This document shows positions 29,620-38,984 of a stretch of DNA of 64,000 nt, piece after piece; position 1 is the first letter of the stretch; the number at the start of each line of letters is the position of its first letter. Source of the DNA: Verrucomicrobiota bacterium (lineage in GTDB: Bacteria; Verrucomicrobiota; Verrucomicrobiia; Verrucomicrobiales; Akkermansiaceae); the NCBI GenBank assembly GCA_018969605.1, contig JAGWXY010000003.1, forward strand, positions 66-64,065. Direction: 5' to 3'. Below the pieces are notes generated by a model that was given only the letters and a program-made list of their open reading frames with translations, was not told the DNA's origin and made no database searches. The position numbers were made by a program, and so were the translations under genes.

Positions 29620-30702
29620 TCAAACCAAATTTCGCGAGAGGATCCGCGAGTCACGGCCGCTCTCCTCATATTGCTTTCTGCGCGCGGCAGGCAACACCTC
29701 AAGCGTCGCTTCGCTGTAACCAAGCCGTTGGATGAAAAAATCCGATGCCCGATTGCTGAGTGCAAATACCCGCGGTATGCCCCGGTGTTTGGCCACCGAT
29801 TCCACGTGCCTCACAAGCTCAATCCCATAACCACGGCGCTCATGAGCTTGCTTGACATACAGGCAGGCCACCTCGGCACAGGCTTCGGCCGGGTACTCAT
29901 GCAGGGCGACACAGCCCACAACATTGTCGTCGATCGCGAGCACATGGAAATCGTTGATCCTCGACTGGATGTCCTCATAGGTTCGCTCGACCAGTTTGGT
30001 GCGACGCACCGACCTGCCAATCATGCCAAGCAATTCGGGGATGTCCTCCTCACGCAACGGACGAATCAACCGGTAGCTGTCGGCATGCACCATCGTCCCC
30101 ACCCCCTCGTTGGAAAACAATTCGTCGACCAGCACCCCCTGGCGCCGACCGTTGAGCACATGCACCCGTGGCACGCCAGCCAAGCAAGCTCTGGCCGCAG
30201 ACTTCAACAAGGCCGCTCCAAGCTTGTCCGTCCGGGTCACCAATGACTCAGCCTCGGCCGCGCGGATCGCATGCGCCGGATGACCGTCGATCAGGATCGC
30301 CTCCTCCAGCAAGGTGATGATCTTTGCCACCCCGATGCCCTTCGCAAAATCCACCACTGCTTCATCCAAGGGGCCTACCACTGAAGCATCAACCACCGCC
30401 GACTGCCCGCGTCCCAGGATTTCCAAAACCTCACTCACCGCCAAAGGATCCGAAATCGGTCGCGAAACCCGCGCAGCCATGATCTCGCACTCGAGGGTCC
30501 AATCATACAAATCCTTCAAATCCCCACCCAATACCCCCAAAACCAATTTTACCCCCAAGTCCTCCAAAACCGCCAAATCCAACAATGTTTCGGCAAGCGC
30601 CGGCTCTGGCAAAAGTCCTGCCTCAACCAATACGAGGAATACCTTCCCACGAAATTGGGGAATGTACTGCAAAACTTCTCTCACATCGCTGGATTGCGCC
30701 AC
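29620..30702 (-). CDS. ArgA-like amino-acid N-acetyltransferase (amino-acid-kinase-fold plus GNAT)
   Basis: 360 aa. N-terminal AAK-like region ('RGKVFLVLVEAG') and C-terminal GNAT ('VKQAHERRGYGIELV'). Shorter than classical ArgA. Confidence 0.65.
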   Translation of the reverse strand: MAQSSDVREVLQYIPQFRGKVFLVLVEAGLLPEPALAETLLDLAVLEDLGVKLVLGVLGGDLKDLYDWTLECEIMAARVSRPISDPLAVSEVLEILGRGQSAVVDASVVGPLDEAVVDFAKGIGVAKIITLLEEAILIDGHPAHAIRAAEAESLVTRTDKLGAALLKSAARACLAGVPRVHVLNGRRQGVLVDELFSNEGVGTMVHADSYRLIRPLREEDIPELLGMIGRSVRRTKLVERTYEDIQSRINDFHVLAIDDNVVGCVALHEYPAEACAEVACLYVKQAHERRGYGIELVRHVESVAKHRGIPRVFALSNRASDFFIQRLGYSEATLEVLPAARRKQYEESGRDSRILSRNLV

Positions 30703-30796
30703 AACGCTTTCCTAGCAAATCAGGCCATACCCGCAAGTGCGCGTTTGCCAACAATCGCATTGGCTCCGCTGGCGGATCATGCTTGGATCATCACAC

Positions 30797-31027
30797 ATGC
30801 ACCAGCCACTCATCGATTTGCTCAAACACCGAGAGTCTGTCATCGCCAATCACGCGTGGCGCGATCGCGACCCTGTCGGCCATCTCGATGCACTGCGCGC
30901 AGTCTCCGAATCTATTACCGCATGGCATCGCGAAAACCAAAACCGCATCGATCCGCAACTCCGCCACTATTTACAAAAATCCAGTTTCGCCAAAGCCCTC
31001 GCCCATCTCGAGTCTGCCACCGACTGA
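30797..31027 (+). CDS. small hypothetical protein (76 aa)
   Basis: 'MHQPLIDLLKHRESVIANHAWRDRDPVGHLDALRAVSE...' has host-like, GC-rich third codon positions and ends 25 nt before the next gene. It is hidden inside larger ORF-track entries (30737..31027). Confidence 0.45.
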   Translation: MHQPLIDLLKHRESVIANHAWRDRDPVGHLDALRAVSESITAWHRENQNRIDPQLRHYLQKSSFAKALAHLESATD

Positions 31028-31052
31028 AATTTCTCCATCTCCCTACCCACCC

Positions 31053-31799
31053 ATGAAACATCTCATCACGATTGCCGTCGTCGCTGCCGCAGCCTACTTC
31101 GGTTACAAATTCGAACCCGATCTTCGCCTCTCCATCACCGGCATCCCCTATGGCGTAGGCCACAAAATCCTCAACGGCAGCCTGCCAAATGTCGATCTCA
31201 CCGCACTCCGCCCGGACCAACTGCCCAAGGAAGTCACCATCTTCACCGCCATGCCATTCAAGGACACCAGCGCCAACCTCGTCATCAATCTCCCCCCAGG
31301 CAGCAAGCATCAGCCAGTCAAAATCACTCCGCCCAATGTCCAACTCCTAGTCAAAGGCACAAAATACCAAATCGTCCTGCCAATAGATAAAACCGACCTG
31401 ATCGAACAACTCTCGCAGATGCCGCTCAGCTCGGCACCAACGGAAACGCCCGCCGAGCCGAAACCTGAACCTGAACCCGCCGCCCCCGAAGCACCACCGG
31501 CAGAACCCGCACCCCTCGCCGCATCCACCCCCACCGCTCCCATCGGGCCAGTCGATCCGGTCAAGTTGATGCGCGAATGCCTCCAAAACAACCCCATCAA
31601 AGAATTCAGCATCGGCCAAGTCACTACGTGGTCCTCCGGTCCCGAGGAAACGATCGATGGCGAAACCTTCGCCACCGGAATCATCAGCTACGAAGCCAAA
31701 ACCATCCTCGGCCAAAAAACCATGCAAGCCAAAGCACTCATCAAAAATGGCAGCATCCTAAAATGGACTCACGCCAAAAGCGGTATCGAAATCAATTGA
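31053..31799 (+). CDS. hypothetical membrane-anchored protein with Pro/Ala/Glu-rich linker
   Basis: Start taken at 'MKHLITIAVVAAAAYFGYKF' (TM helix). Linker 'APTETPAEPKPEPEPAAPEAPPAEPAP'. The longer 404-aa ORF-track entry is probably an artefact. Confidence 0.6.
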   Translation: MKHLITIAVVAAAAYFGYKFEPDLRLSITGIPYGVGHKILNGSLPNVDLTALRPDQLPKEVTIFTAMPFKDTSANLVINLPPGSKHQPVKITPPNVQLLVKGTKYQIVLPIDKTDLIEQLSQMPLSSAPTETPAEPKPEPEPAAPEAPPAEPAPLAASTPTAPIGPVDPVKLMRECLQNNPIKEFSIGQVTTWSSGPEETIDGETFATGIISYEAKTILGQKTMQAKALIKNGSILKWTHAKSGIEIN

Positions 31800-31878
31800 G
31801 GCAGCATTCGGGCAGGAAGCAAAAAATCGAGGCGAAAACATGAACGCCGACAAAGCCACAAACTCTTTATTTTCAACG

Positions 31879-31965
31879 CGGAGAGGGTGGGATTTGAACC
31901 CACGGTGAGTTTTACCCCACGTCCGATTTCGAATCGGGTGCCTTAGACCACTCAGCCACCTCTCC
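31879..31965 (-). tRNA. tRNA-Ser (anticodon CGA)
   Basis: Reverse complement: GGAGAGGTGGCTGAGTGGTCTAAGGCACCCGATTCGAAATCGGACGTGGGGTAAAACTCACCGTGGGTTCAAATCCCACCCTCTCCG. Cloverleaf with long variable arm, anticodon loop TTCGAAA and T-loop GGTTCAAATCC. Confidence 0.9.
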
Positions 31966-32021
31966 TTGCGCGGGCGGCGATGATAGAACCCCGGCCAAGG
32001 CTTGTAAAGCCTGCAATTGCC

Positions 32022-32882
32022 TCAATCGGGGAAAACAATGGCGCGGTGACCGTCAATGATTGTCCGGTCGTGAACATGGTAGCGGATGCCCTTGGCGATC
32101 GCGATGCGTTCGCAGTTACGGCCGAGGCGAACAAGATCATTGGGTGCGTGAAAGTGATGAACGCGCTCAACCTCCTGCTCAATGATCGGCCCGGCATCGA
32201 GGTCGGCCGTAACATAGTGGCAGGTGGCGCCAATGAGTTTCACCCCGCGCTCGTAGGCCTGCTTGTATGGATTGGCACCAATGAAAGCTGGCAGGAAACT
32301 ATGGTGAATATTGATGATGCGGCCGGCAAAATCGCGGCAAAAATCATTGGGCAAAATCTGCATGAAACGGGCGAGCACGATCAACTCAACATCCTGCTCG
32401 ACGATGAACTTGCGAATTTCCGCAAAACCCGCGGCGCGCTTGTCGCCATCCATGTCGATCTCGTGAAACGGGATGTTTGAGCGCTCGGCGATCGGACGAC
32501 AATGCGGACGGTTGCCGATGATCGAGGTGATCTCGATGGGCAGCTCGCAGAGCTCGGTGCGCCATAGGATTTCGTTGAGACAGTGATCGGTCTTGGTGAC
32601 CAGCAAGGCGGTGCGCATGCGATAGGGCAAACGGCGGAAGTGCCACTCCGCATGAAGCGAGCGCCCAAGAGTACCGAAGCCGTCGATGAAATCCTGCGCT
32701 TGGACATCGAGATCGTTGGTTTCAATTTCAAGACGCGCGAAAAACTTGCCCTCGAGCGCATCGGAAAATTGGTTGAACTCGACGAGGTTGCCGCGGTGAC
32801 TTGCGACATAGTTGGCAATTTTTGCGACGATGCCTGCCTGATCGGGGCAGCTGAGTTTGAGGATCAATCCAGGGCGAGCCAT
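32022..32882 (-). CDS. purU: formyltetrahydrofolate deformylase
   Basis: Start taken at 'MARPGLILKLSCPDQAGIVAKIANYV' (ACT domain). Formyltransferase core 'IINIHHSFLPAFIGANPYKQAYERGVKLIGATCHYVT'. Confidence 0.9.
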   Translation of the reverse strand: MARPGLILKLSCPDQAGIVAKIANYVASHRGNLVEFNQFSDALEGKFFARLEIETNDLDVQAQDFIDGFGTLGRSLHAEWHFRRLPYRMRTALLVTKTDHCLNEILWRTELCELPIEITSIIGNRPHCRPIAERSNIPFHEIDMDGDKRAAGFAEIRKFIVEQDVELIVLARFMQILPNDFCRDFAGRIINIHHSFLPAFIGANPYKQAYERGVKLIGATCHYVTADLDAGPIIEQEVERVHHFHAPNDLVRLGRNCERIAIAKGIRYHVHDRTIIDGHRAIVFPD

Positions 32883-32913
32883 GCGGAATGTTTTGATGAT
32901 CGCATTGATGGTG

Positions 32914-33366
32914 TCAATCCTCGCTATCAGATACCCGAGTATCTTGTATCCGATCCATATCTCGCGCCAAACGCAGACACATCCGTCGAAACACCACAGC
33001 CCCGGCGATGCCACCGAGGAAGTCCGCCACCCAGTCGGCCAAGTTGGCACCGCTGCGGCCAGGTGTGAAACACTGGTGCCATTCATCATACCACCCGAGC
33101 AGGCCAATGGTGATCGCGGTCGCGCCGATGATAAAATCCCAACGCACTTTGCGCCGCAATAGAACCAGAGTGACGGTCGTGAATAATCCCGCGATGAGAA
33201 TGCCCCCACCGGCAAAGCCGAGGAAATGAGCCAGCTTGTCGAGCTGCATTTTGAGCTGCGGATTCTTATCGCCCGGAATCGATGACAGGAACCAGATGGT
33301 TCTCATCCACACCAACACCGCAATAAACCAAATCAGCGGGTGACGAAACCAACGCAAGATTCTCAC
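32914..33366 (-). CDS. VanZ-like membrane protein
   Basis: 'LDKLAHFLGFAGGGILIA' and 'WYDEWHQCFTPGRSGANLADWVADFLGG'. Start placed at a GTG that overlaps the brnA stop (GTGA). The upstream ATG at 33405 would overlap brnA by 43 nt. Confidence 0.7.
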   Translation of the reverse strand: MRILRWFRHPLIWFIAVLVWMRTIWFLSSIPGDKNPQLKMQLDKLAHFLGFAGGGILIAGLFTTVTLVLLRRKVRWDFIIGATAITIGLLGWYDEWHQCFTPGRSGANLADWVADFLGGIAGAVVFRRMCLRLARDMDRIQDTRVSDSED

Positions 33367-33635
33367 TGTTTGCGCATCTCCTCTTCGAGCCTTTCTGCCA
33401 GCCATTGTTTCATCATCGACTGGTAATTCAGGAATCTCGAGCGTGCGATGCGCTTGATGCGCGAAAGCATGCGCGGGTCGAAACGCAATGTAATGGTGGT
33501 CGAGTCGCGCGAATCCGCTTCAAGAATCGATGCGGCCATGAGCCTGCCGTCGAGTTCATGGTTTTCCCAAAACCGCGCCTCCGCCGCCTCGTCGGCAAAC
33601 TCCGGAATTTCTGACCAGCTGTTGATAGGCTTCAT
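33363..33635 (-). CDS. brnA: BrnA-like antitoxin
   Basis: 90 aa. 'EARFWENHELD...ITLRFDPRMLSRIKRIARSRFLNYQSMMKQWLAERL' fits BrnA/CopG-like antitoxins. It lies immediately downstream of brnT. Confidence 0.7.
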   Translation of the reverse strand: MKPINSWSEIPEFADEAAEARFWENHELDGRLMAASILEADSRDSTTITLRFDPRMLSRIKRIARSRFLNYQSMMKQWLAERLEEEMRKQ

Positions 33636-33664
33636 GGCGGATGGGAATGGGCTCGATGGATCAC

Positions 33665-33943
33665 TCAGCGGCAGTCGGCATATTTTCGATCGTAAAATTT
33701 TCGTTCCGTTTCAGTCATGTCGCGCGCGGCCACCACGCGCGCGGTTTTTCCATCGGTCCAAAATGCGCAGAACAAATGACGATCACCAACCGTGCGCCCA
33801 AGCGTATAGAATCGCGTTGCGCCATCCTGCCGTTCGCAGTCGGGCAGGAAACGGACCGCAAAGGGATCTTCCAGCGCTTCCTCAAGTTCGCGCGGCTTGA
33901 CTTCGTGCAGGTCGAATTGCACGTCGATCAGATCAAGTTCCAT
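33665..33943 (-). CDS. brnT: BrnT-like toxin (DUF497 family)
   Basis: 92 aa. 'EVKPRELEEALEDPFAV...RFYTLGRTVGDRHLFCAFWTDGKTARVVAARDMTETERKFY' matches the BrnT pattern. Confidence 0.7.
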   Translation of the reverse strand: MELDLIDVQFDLHEVKPRELEEALEDPFAVRFLPDCERQDGATRFYTLGRTVGDRHLFCAFWTDGKTARVVAARDMTETERKFYDRKYADCR

Positions 33944-34013
33944 GTCATCAATGTGGGGGCAAAGGGGTGCCTAGCGCAACAAAGACTTTGCCTGGCGCGG
34001 CTGGGCGCTGCGG

Positions 34014-35219
34014 CTAGAGCGCGTGCCCCATGCGCAGGCGCTTGGTTTCCAGGTACTTTTCGTTGTGAAGGTTGGCCGGCAGCGAGAGCGGGATTTGCTC
34101 GGTGATTTCGAGGCCATAGCCTTCAAGGCCGACGACTTTTTTCGGGTTGTTGGTGAGCAGGCGGATCTTGCGCACGCCGAGGTCGCAAAGGATCTGCGCA
34201 CCCATGCCGTATTCGCGCAGATCGGCGGCGAAGCCAAGTTTTTCGTTGGCCTCGATCGTGTCCATCCCTTGCTCCTGCAGCTTGTAGGCGCGGATCTTTG
34301 CCGGCAGGCCGATCCCCCTGCCCTCCTGGCGCAGGTAAAGCAGCACGCCGCCTTCATTTGAAATGCGCTCGAGCGCCGCAGCCAATTGGCCGCCACAATC
34401 GCAACGCTGCGAATGAAAGACATCGCCGGTAAGACACTCGGAATGCACGCGCACCAGCGTCGGAACATCCGGATCGATCTCACCACGCGTGAGGGCGAGA
34501 TGATGACTCAGGTCGGTAGCAATGCGATAAAGGTGGCAGTCAAATTCACCGAAATCGGTAGGCATCTTGATGCACTCCTCGCGCAGTACGAGTTTCTCCG
34601 AACGGCGACGGTACTCGATGAGCTGCGCAATCGTGCAGGCCTTCAGGCCATGACGGCGTTGGAAATCGCCGAGGTCACCCACGCGCGCCATCGTGCCATC
34701 GTCGTTGATGATTTCACAAATCACCGCAGCTTCGGGCAAACCGGCCAAACGAGTGAGGTCCACCGCCGCCTCAGTGTGGCCCGCGCGACGCAGCACGCCG
34801 CCGGGGCTTGACAGCAAAGGAAACACATGGCCCGGACGCACGAAGGCATCGGCACCCACCGACTGGTCAGCCAGCAGGCGAATCGTGTGCGCGCGATCCG
34901 CCGCCGAAATGCCGGTGCCCACGCCTTTCGCGGCATCGACACTGACGGTGAAGGCTGTCTTATGTCCCTCGGTGTTGCGACGCGTCATTTGTGGCAGATC
35001 CAATTCCTCGGTCCGCTCGGCGACCAATGGCGCGCAGATCAATCCGCGGCCATGCACGGCCATGAAGTTCACCATTTCCGCCGTGCACAGCGATGCGGCA
35101 CCGATCAGGTCGGCCTCGTTCTCGCGCGAGGGATCATCAGCACAAATCACCAAGCGGCCCTCCGCAATCTCGGCGATGATTTCATCAATCGGGCTGAACT
35201 GGATGGTGGTTTGAGACAT
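34014..35219 (-). CDS. ribBA: bifunctional 3,4-dihydroxy-2-butanone-4-phosphate synthase / GTP cyclohydrolase II
   Basis: Start taken at 'MSQTTIQFSPIDEII'. 'DDPSRENEADLI' (RibB) and 'VRVHSECLTGDVFHSQRCDCGGQL' (RibA). Confidence 0.9.
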   Translation of the reverse strand: MSQTTIQFSPIDEIIAEIAEGRLVICADDPSRENEADLIGAASLCTAEMVNFMAVHGRGLICAPLVAERTEELDLPQMTRRNTEGHKTAFTVSVDAAKGVGTGISAADRAHTIRLLADQSVGADAFVRPGHVFPLLSSPGGVLRRAGHTEAAVDLTRLAGLPEAAVICEIINDDGTMARVGDLGDFQRRHGLKACTIAQLIEYRRRSEKLVLREECIKMPTDFGEFDCHLYRIATDLSHHLALTRGEIDPDVPTLVRVHSECLTGDVFHSQRCDCGGQLAAALERISNEGGVLLYLRQEGRGIGLPAKIRAYKLQEQGMDTIEANEKLGFAADLREYGMGAQILCDLGVRKIRLLTNNPKKVVGLEGYGLEITEQIPLSLPANLHNEKYLETKRLRMGHAL

Positions 35220-35295
35220 GAGGAAAATCGAAGTGTCGGGTGACGCTGCAGGAAAAGGGATGCGGACCGATCGGGCAATCACAGAATCCCGCGGC

Positions 35296-35859
35296 TCAAT
35301 TCAAATACGGATCATCGGGCGCCTCGACGAGAATGCGGTAAAGCGGCGAAACATTTCCCAGCAGGCTTTGCCAAAGCGCAATGTCATGCCCTGCCCCGAG
35401 AAATCCCCTCTTGGTGGGCTCGGCGCTGATCCATGTTTGCTGCCTCATTTCGCCCTCGAGCTGACCCGGGCTCCATCCGGCATGACCCAAATAAGCCCGC
35501 ACGATGCGTCCAGGGCGACGGGCGTGTTCGGTTGCCTCCTCAATCGAGATCCGCATCGCCCAATGAAGCCCACGCTTGGGCGTCCACCACATCGAGCAAA
35601 ACATCAGCTGATCGCGCAAAACCGGCCCGCCCTCATAGACCTGAATGTTTTTCAAGGGCTCAAAGGCCTTGTCCTTGAGCAGCTCGCCCACCACCTTGCC
35701 GAGCGGACGGTTGAGGATCAGGCCGCTCGCCCCATCGCCAGGCTCATGACCGCAGATCAAGAGCACCGTGCGCCGAAATGACGGATCACGCATGCCCGGC
35801 TCCGCGAGCAACAACTTGCCGCGCAGTTGCATCTGGTGCGTTTGGAAATCGGATGACAC
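35296..35859 (-). CDS. YqgE/AlgH-family protein
   Basis: 'GKLLLAEPGMRDPSFRRTVLLICGHEPGDGASGLILNRPL' is the UPF0301 signature. Confidence 0.8.
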   Translation of the reverse strand: MSSDFQTHQMQLRGKLLLAEPGMRDPSFRRTVLLICGHEPGDGASGLILNRPLGKVVGELLKDKAFEPLKNIQVYEGGPVLRDQLMFCSMWWTPKRGLHWAMRISIEEATEHARRPGRIVRAYLGHAGWSPGQLEGEMRQQTWISAEPTKRGFLGAGHDIALWQSLLGNVSPLYRILVEAPDDPYLN

Positions 35860-35969
35860 GCCGCCAAATTAAACGCATCCCCCGAATCCGCCAACCGGGG
35901 AATTTCGGAAAAATCGAAATTTCCGATTTTCTCTGGCATCGGGCCCTCGACTCACAGCATCCTTGGCGC

Positions 35970-36965
35970 ATGGCGATGACCCGATTTCAGAAGCTGGCCA
36001 CCGCGGCCTTGGTTTCGGTCCTGTTCCTCATTTTTGTCGGCGCCATTGTGCGCGTCACCGGGTCCGGCATGGGCTGTCCCGATTGGCCAACCTGCTGGGG
36101 CTGCCTGATCCCGCCAACCAGTGCCGACAAGGTGGATTTCGAAAAACTTCCAATCGAAAAATTCCAACGCAAGGCCGAGCGCATGGGTCGCGATCCATCA
36201 ACGATCACCGCCGAAACCCTGCGTGCGGAGTTCAACCCGCGGCATGTGTGGACCGAATTCATCAACCGCCTCTGCAGCCTGCCGGTCGGGTTTTTCTCGC
36301 TCGCCACCTTCATCGCCGCATTCTGGCAACGATCGCGCAGACCCCTCGTATTTTTCACGGCCTTCGCATCATTGGCGGTGGTGCTGATCAATGCGTGGAT
36401 GGGCGCCCGGGTCGTGTACAGCGGTCTCAAGCCCGGCGTGCTCACCATCCATCTCGCACTGGCGATGTCCCTCACCGGCATGCTGGCCTACTGCGCATGG
36501 CGCGGCACCGATCAACCATGGAGGGTACGCATGGACGAACCCGCCAGGGCCAAGCTGAGGCTGCTTCTCACCGTGCTTTTGGGCTCCATCATCTTCACCG
36601 GCATCATCGGCGCACAAGTCCGCGAACTCACCGACGCGATGTCAAAATTCCACCACGACGCACCACGCTCGGAATGGATCGGCGAACTCGAACAATCGTG
36701 GAAGTACTTGCTCCACCGAAGTTTCTCATGGTTCATCCTCGCACTCGGGATCTTGATTTGGAGCCACTGCAAACGAAATGGTGGCATCGGCAAGGTCGGC
36801 TATGGGGTGCTCCTCATCATTCTGACGCAGATGATCCTCGGCATCATCATGTCGCAGATTCACATCTACTCATGGGTGCAAGTCCTGCATGTTGGCCTCT
36901 CGGCCATCTTGCTCAGTCTCACATGGCTCTGGTGGTTCTCCACGGGGAAAAAACCGCAAGAGTAA
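35970..36965 (+). CDS. ctaA: haem A synthase (COX15/CtaA)
   Basis: Start taken at 'MAMTRFQKLA'. 'GAIVRVTGSGMGCPDWPTCWG' and a multi-TM profile. Confidence 0.8.
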   Translation: MAMTRFQKLATAALVSVLFLIFVGAIVRVTGSGMGCPDWPTCWGCLIPPTSADKVDFEKLPIEKFQRKAERMGRDPSTITAETLRAEFNPRHVWTEFINRLCSLPVGFFSLATFIAAFWQRSRRPLVFFTAFASLAVVLINAWMGARVVYSGLKPGVLTIHLALAMSLTGMLAYCAWRGTDQPWRVRMDEPARAKLRLLLTVLLGSIIFTGIIGAQVRELTDAMSKFHHDAPRSEWIGELEQSWKYLLHRSFSWFILALGILIWSHCKRNGGIGKVGYGVLLIILTQMILGIIMSQIHIYSWVQVLHVGLSAILLSLTWLWWFSTGKKPQE

Positions 36966-36975
36966 CGAAGCGGAG

Positions 36976-37599
36976 TCATGCCGCATAGAGTCGGCGCGTG
37001 CGGATATACGCGGCCACGTCGGGATGCAGCCATCCGTCTTTGGCATCACCGCCAGCCAAGGCTCTGCGAATTTCCGTGGCGGAGGCGGGGTGCTCGGTCG
37101 TGATGGGATGCATGGTGAAGTGATCGCGCGATGGAATGTTTCCACCGCGCGAAACCACGATGAATTCGACGCATCGCGCGAGCCTCTCGGGATGCTTCCA
37201 CCTCGGCAAGGCCTCCCATTGATCGCCGCCCATGATCCAGTAAAGTTTGGCATCCGGAAATTGCGCGCGCATCGCCTCGGCGGTCTCGTAGGAAAATGAT
37301 GGACCATCACGACGCAGCTCAAGGTCGTCAATCACCGCCCATCGCACATCCGCCATCGCAAGACGCAGCATCGCCAACCTGTCCTCGGCCGAGGCAGGGG
37401 CCGATCCCTGCTTGTGCGGCGAAATCCGGCACGGAATAAAGCGCACCTGATCAAGCCCGAGCGACTTCAAAGCCGCCTCGGCCATGTGACGATGCCCGAG
37501 GTGGACCGGATCAAAAGTGCCGCCGAATAAGGCGATTTTCCGTGGCTGGGTCACAGCATCAGTTCGGACATCAGGCACGACATTGCAAGCCCCGAGCAC
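36976..37599 (-). CDS. nadD: nicotinate-nucleotide adenylyltransferase
   Basis: 'IALFGGTFDPVHLGHRHMAEAA' is the (H/T)xGH nucleotidyltransferase motif. Start uncertain. Confidence 0.85.
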   Translation of the reverse strand: MLGACNVVPDVRTDAVTQPRKIALFGGTFDPVHLGHRHMAEAALKSLGLDQVRFIPCRISPHKQGSAPASAEDRLAMLRLAMADVRWAVIDDLELRRDGPSFSYETAEAMRAQFPDAKLYWIMGGDQWEALPRWKHPERLARCVEFIVVSRGGNIPSRDHFTMHPITTEHPASATEIRRALAGGDAKDGWLHPDVAAYIRTRRLYAA

Positions 37600-37670
37600 G
37601 GGAATTGCTGACCAAACGACCTCGTTCCGGCTTTACCCGGCCCCCGCAAGCGTTTTACAAAGCTCCCGCC

Positions 37671-38960
37671 ATGCACGGATTTTCCTACAAAAACGAGTCC
37701 CTCTTCTGCGACGATGTCGAACTGAACTCCTTGGTCGAGGAACACGGCACACCTCTCTACGTCTACTCCGCCGGCACGATTCTCGATCACTACCGCCGCC
37801 TCGACCAAGCGCTCTCAGGCGTCAGCCACGAGGTCGCTTATGCGGTGAAAGCAAACTCCAATCTCTCGGTGCTCCGCCTGCTTGCCCATGAAGGCGCGGG
37901 CTTCGACATCGTCTCGGGTGGCGAACTTTTCCGAGTGATCAAAGCCGGCGGCGATCCGGCCCATTGCACCTTTGCCGGTGTCGGCAAAACGCGCGATGAA
38001 ATCGTCTATGCACTCGAGCAGGGAATCTACTCATTCAATGTCGAGAGCGAAGAGGAACTCCGCTACCTCAACGAAGTCGCCGGCGAACTCGGCATGATCG
38101 CTCCCGCAGCCGTGCGCGTGAACCCGAATGTCGACGCCAAAACGCACAAGTACATTTCCACCGGCAAATCGGAAAACAAATTCGGCGTCGACTTCGATGC
38201 CATCGCCGGGCTCTACGAACGCGCCGCCAAAGAGCTCCCCCACATCCGCATGCGCGGGCTCCAAATGCACATCGGCTCGCAGCTCACCTCGGTCGCGCCC
38301 TTCGTCGAAGCGGTCGAAAAAGTCGCACCGCTCGCGCGGCAATTGAAAGAACGCCACGGCATCGAGTTCTGGTCGATCGGCGGCGGCATTGGCATCGTCT
38401 ATCAGGATTCGCTCGAGTCGGGTCCCTCACAATGGTGGGAAAGCAAAGCCGAAGACGAACGCCCACTCACCATCGAACAATACGGACGCGAAGTCGTGCC
38501 GCGCCTCAAGGACCTCGGCCTCAAAATTCTCGTCGAGCCCGGCCGCTTCATCGTTGGCAACGCCGGCGTGCTCATCACCCGCTGCCTCTACGAGAAAAAA
38601 GGCTCAGCCAAAACTTTCCGCATCGTCGATGCCGGCATGAATGACCTCATTCGCCCGGCCCTCTACGAAGGCCACCATGAAATTGTGCCGCTTCGCAAAG
38701 CCGCCAACAGCAGCCTGCAAAAAGTCGATGTCGTCGGCCCGATCTGCGAAAGTGGCGACTTCTTCTGCCAGGACCGCGAGCTCCCGCACTTCGCCCCTGG
38801 CGATTGCGTCGCGCTGATGTCCGCCGGCGCCTACGGCTTCGTGATGGCCTCGAACTACAACTCGCGCCCGCTTCCCGCCGAGGTTCTCGTCGAGGGCGAG
38901 ACCGCCACCCTCGTGCGCAAACGCCAAACGCTCGACGACCTCATCGAAGGCGAGCTCTGA
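37671..38960 (+). CDS. lysA: diaminopimelate decarboxylase
   Basis: Start taken at 'MHGFSYKNESLFCDDVEL'. 'YAVKANSNLSVLRLL', 'HIGSQL' and 'GPICESGD' are present. Confidence 0.9.
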   Translation: MHGFSYKNESLFCDDVELNSLVEEHGTPLYVYSAGTILDHYRRLDQALSGVSHEVAYAVKANSNLSVLRLLAHEGAGFDIVSGGELFRVIKAGGDPAHCTFAGVGKTRDEIVYALEQGIYSFNVESEEELRYLNEVAGELGMIAPAAVRVNPNVDAKTHKYISTGKSENKFGVDFDAIAGLYERAAKELPHIRMRGLQMHIGSQLTSVAPFVEAVEKVAPLARQLKERHGIEFWSIGGGIGIVYQDSLESGPSQWWESKAEDERPLTIEQYGREVVPRLKDLGLKILVEPGRFIVGNAGVLITRCLYEKKGSAKTFRIVDAGMNDLIRPALYEGHHEIVPLRKAANSSLQKVDVVGPICESGDFFCQDRELPHFAPGDCVALMSAGAYGFVMASNYNSRPLPAEVLVEGETATLVRKRQTLDDLIEGEL

Positions 38961-38984
38961 TTGCATCACGCACGCTGATGCGGA

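Noticed and set aside
30585-31052. N-terminal 156 codons of the 404-aa ORF 30585..31799
   Set aside because: This stretch overlaps the ArgA-like gene start in antisense. It is rich in Ser/Pro/Arg/His low-complexity sequence. A sensible start with a TM helix exists at 31053, and a better small ORF occupies another frame (30797-31027).
35220-35295. FMN riboswitch upstream of ribBA
   Set aside because: Only 76 nt separate ribBA from the preceding gene, which is too short for an RFN element, and none of its conserved segments are visible.
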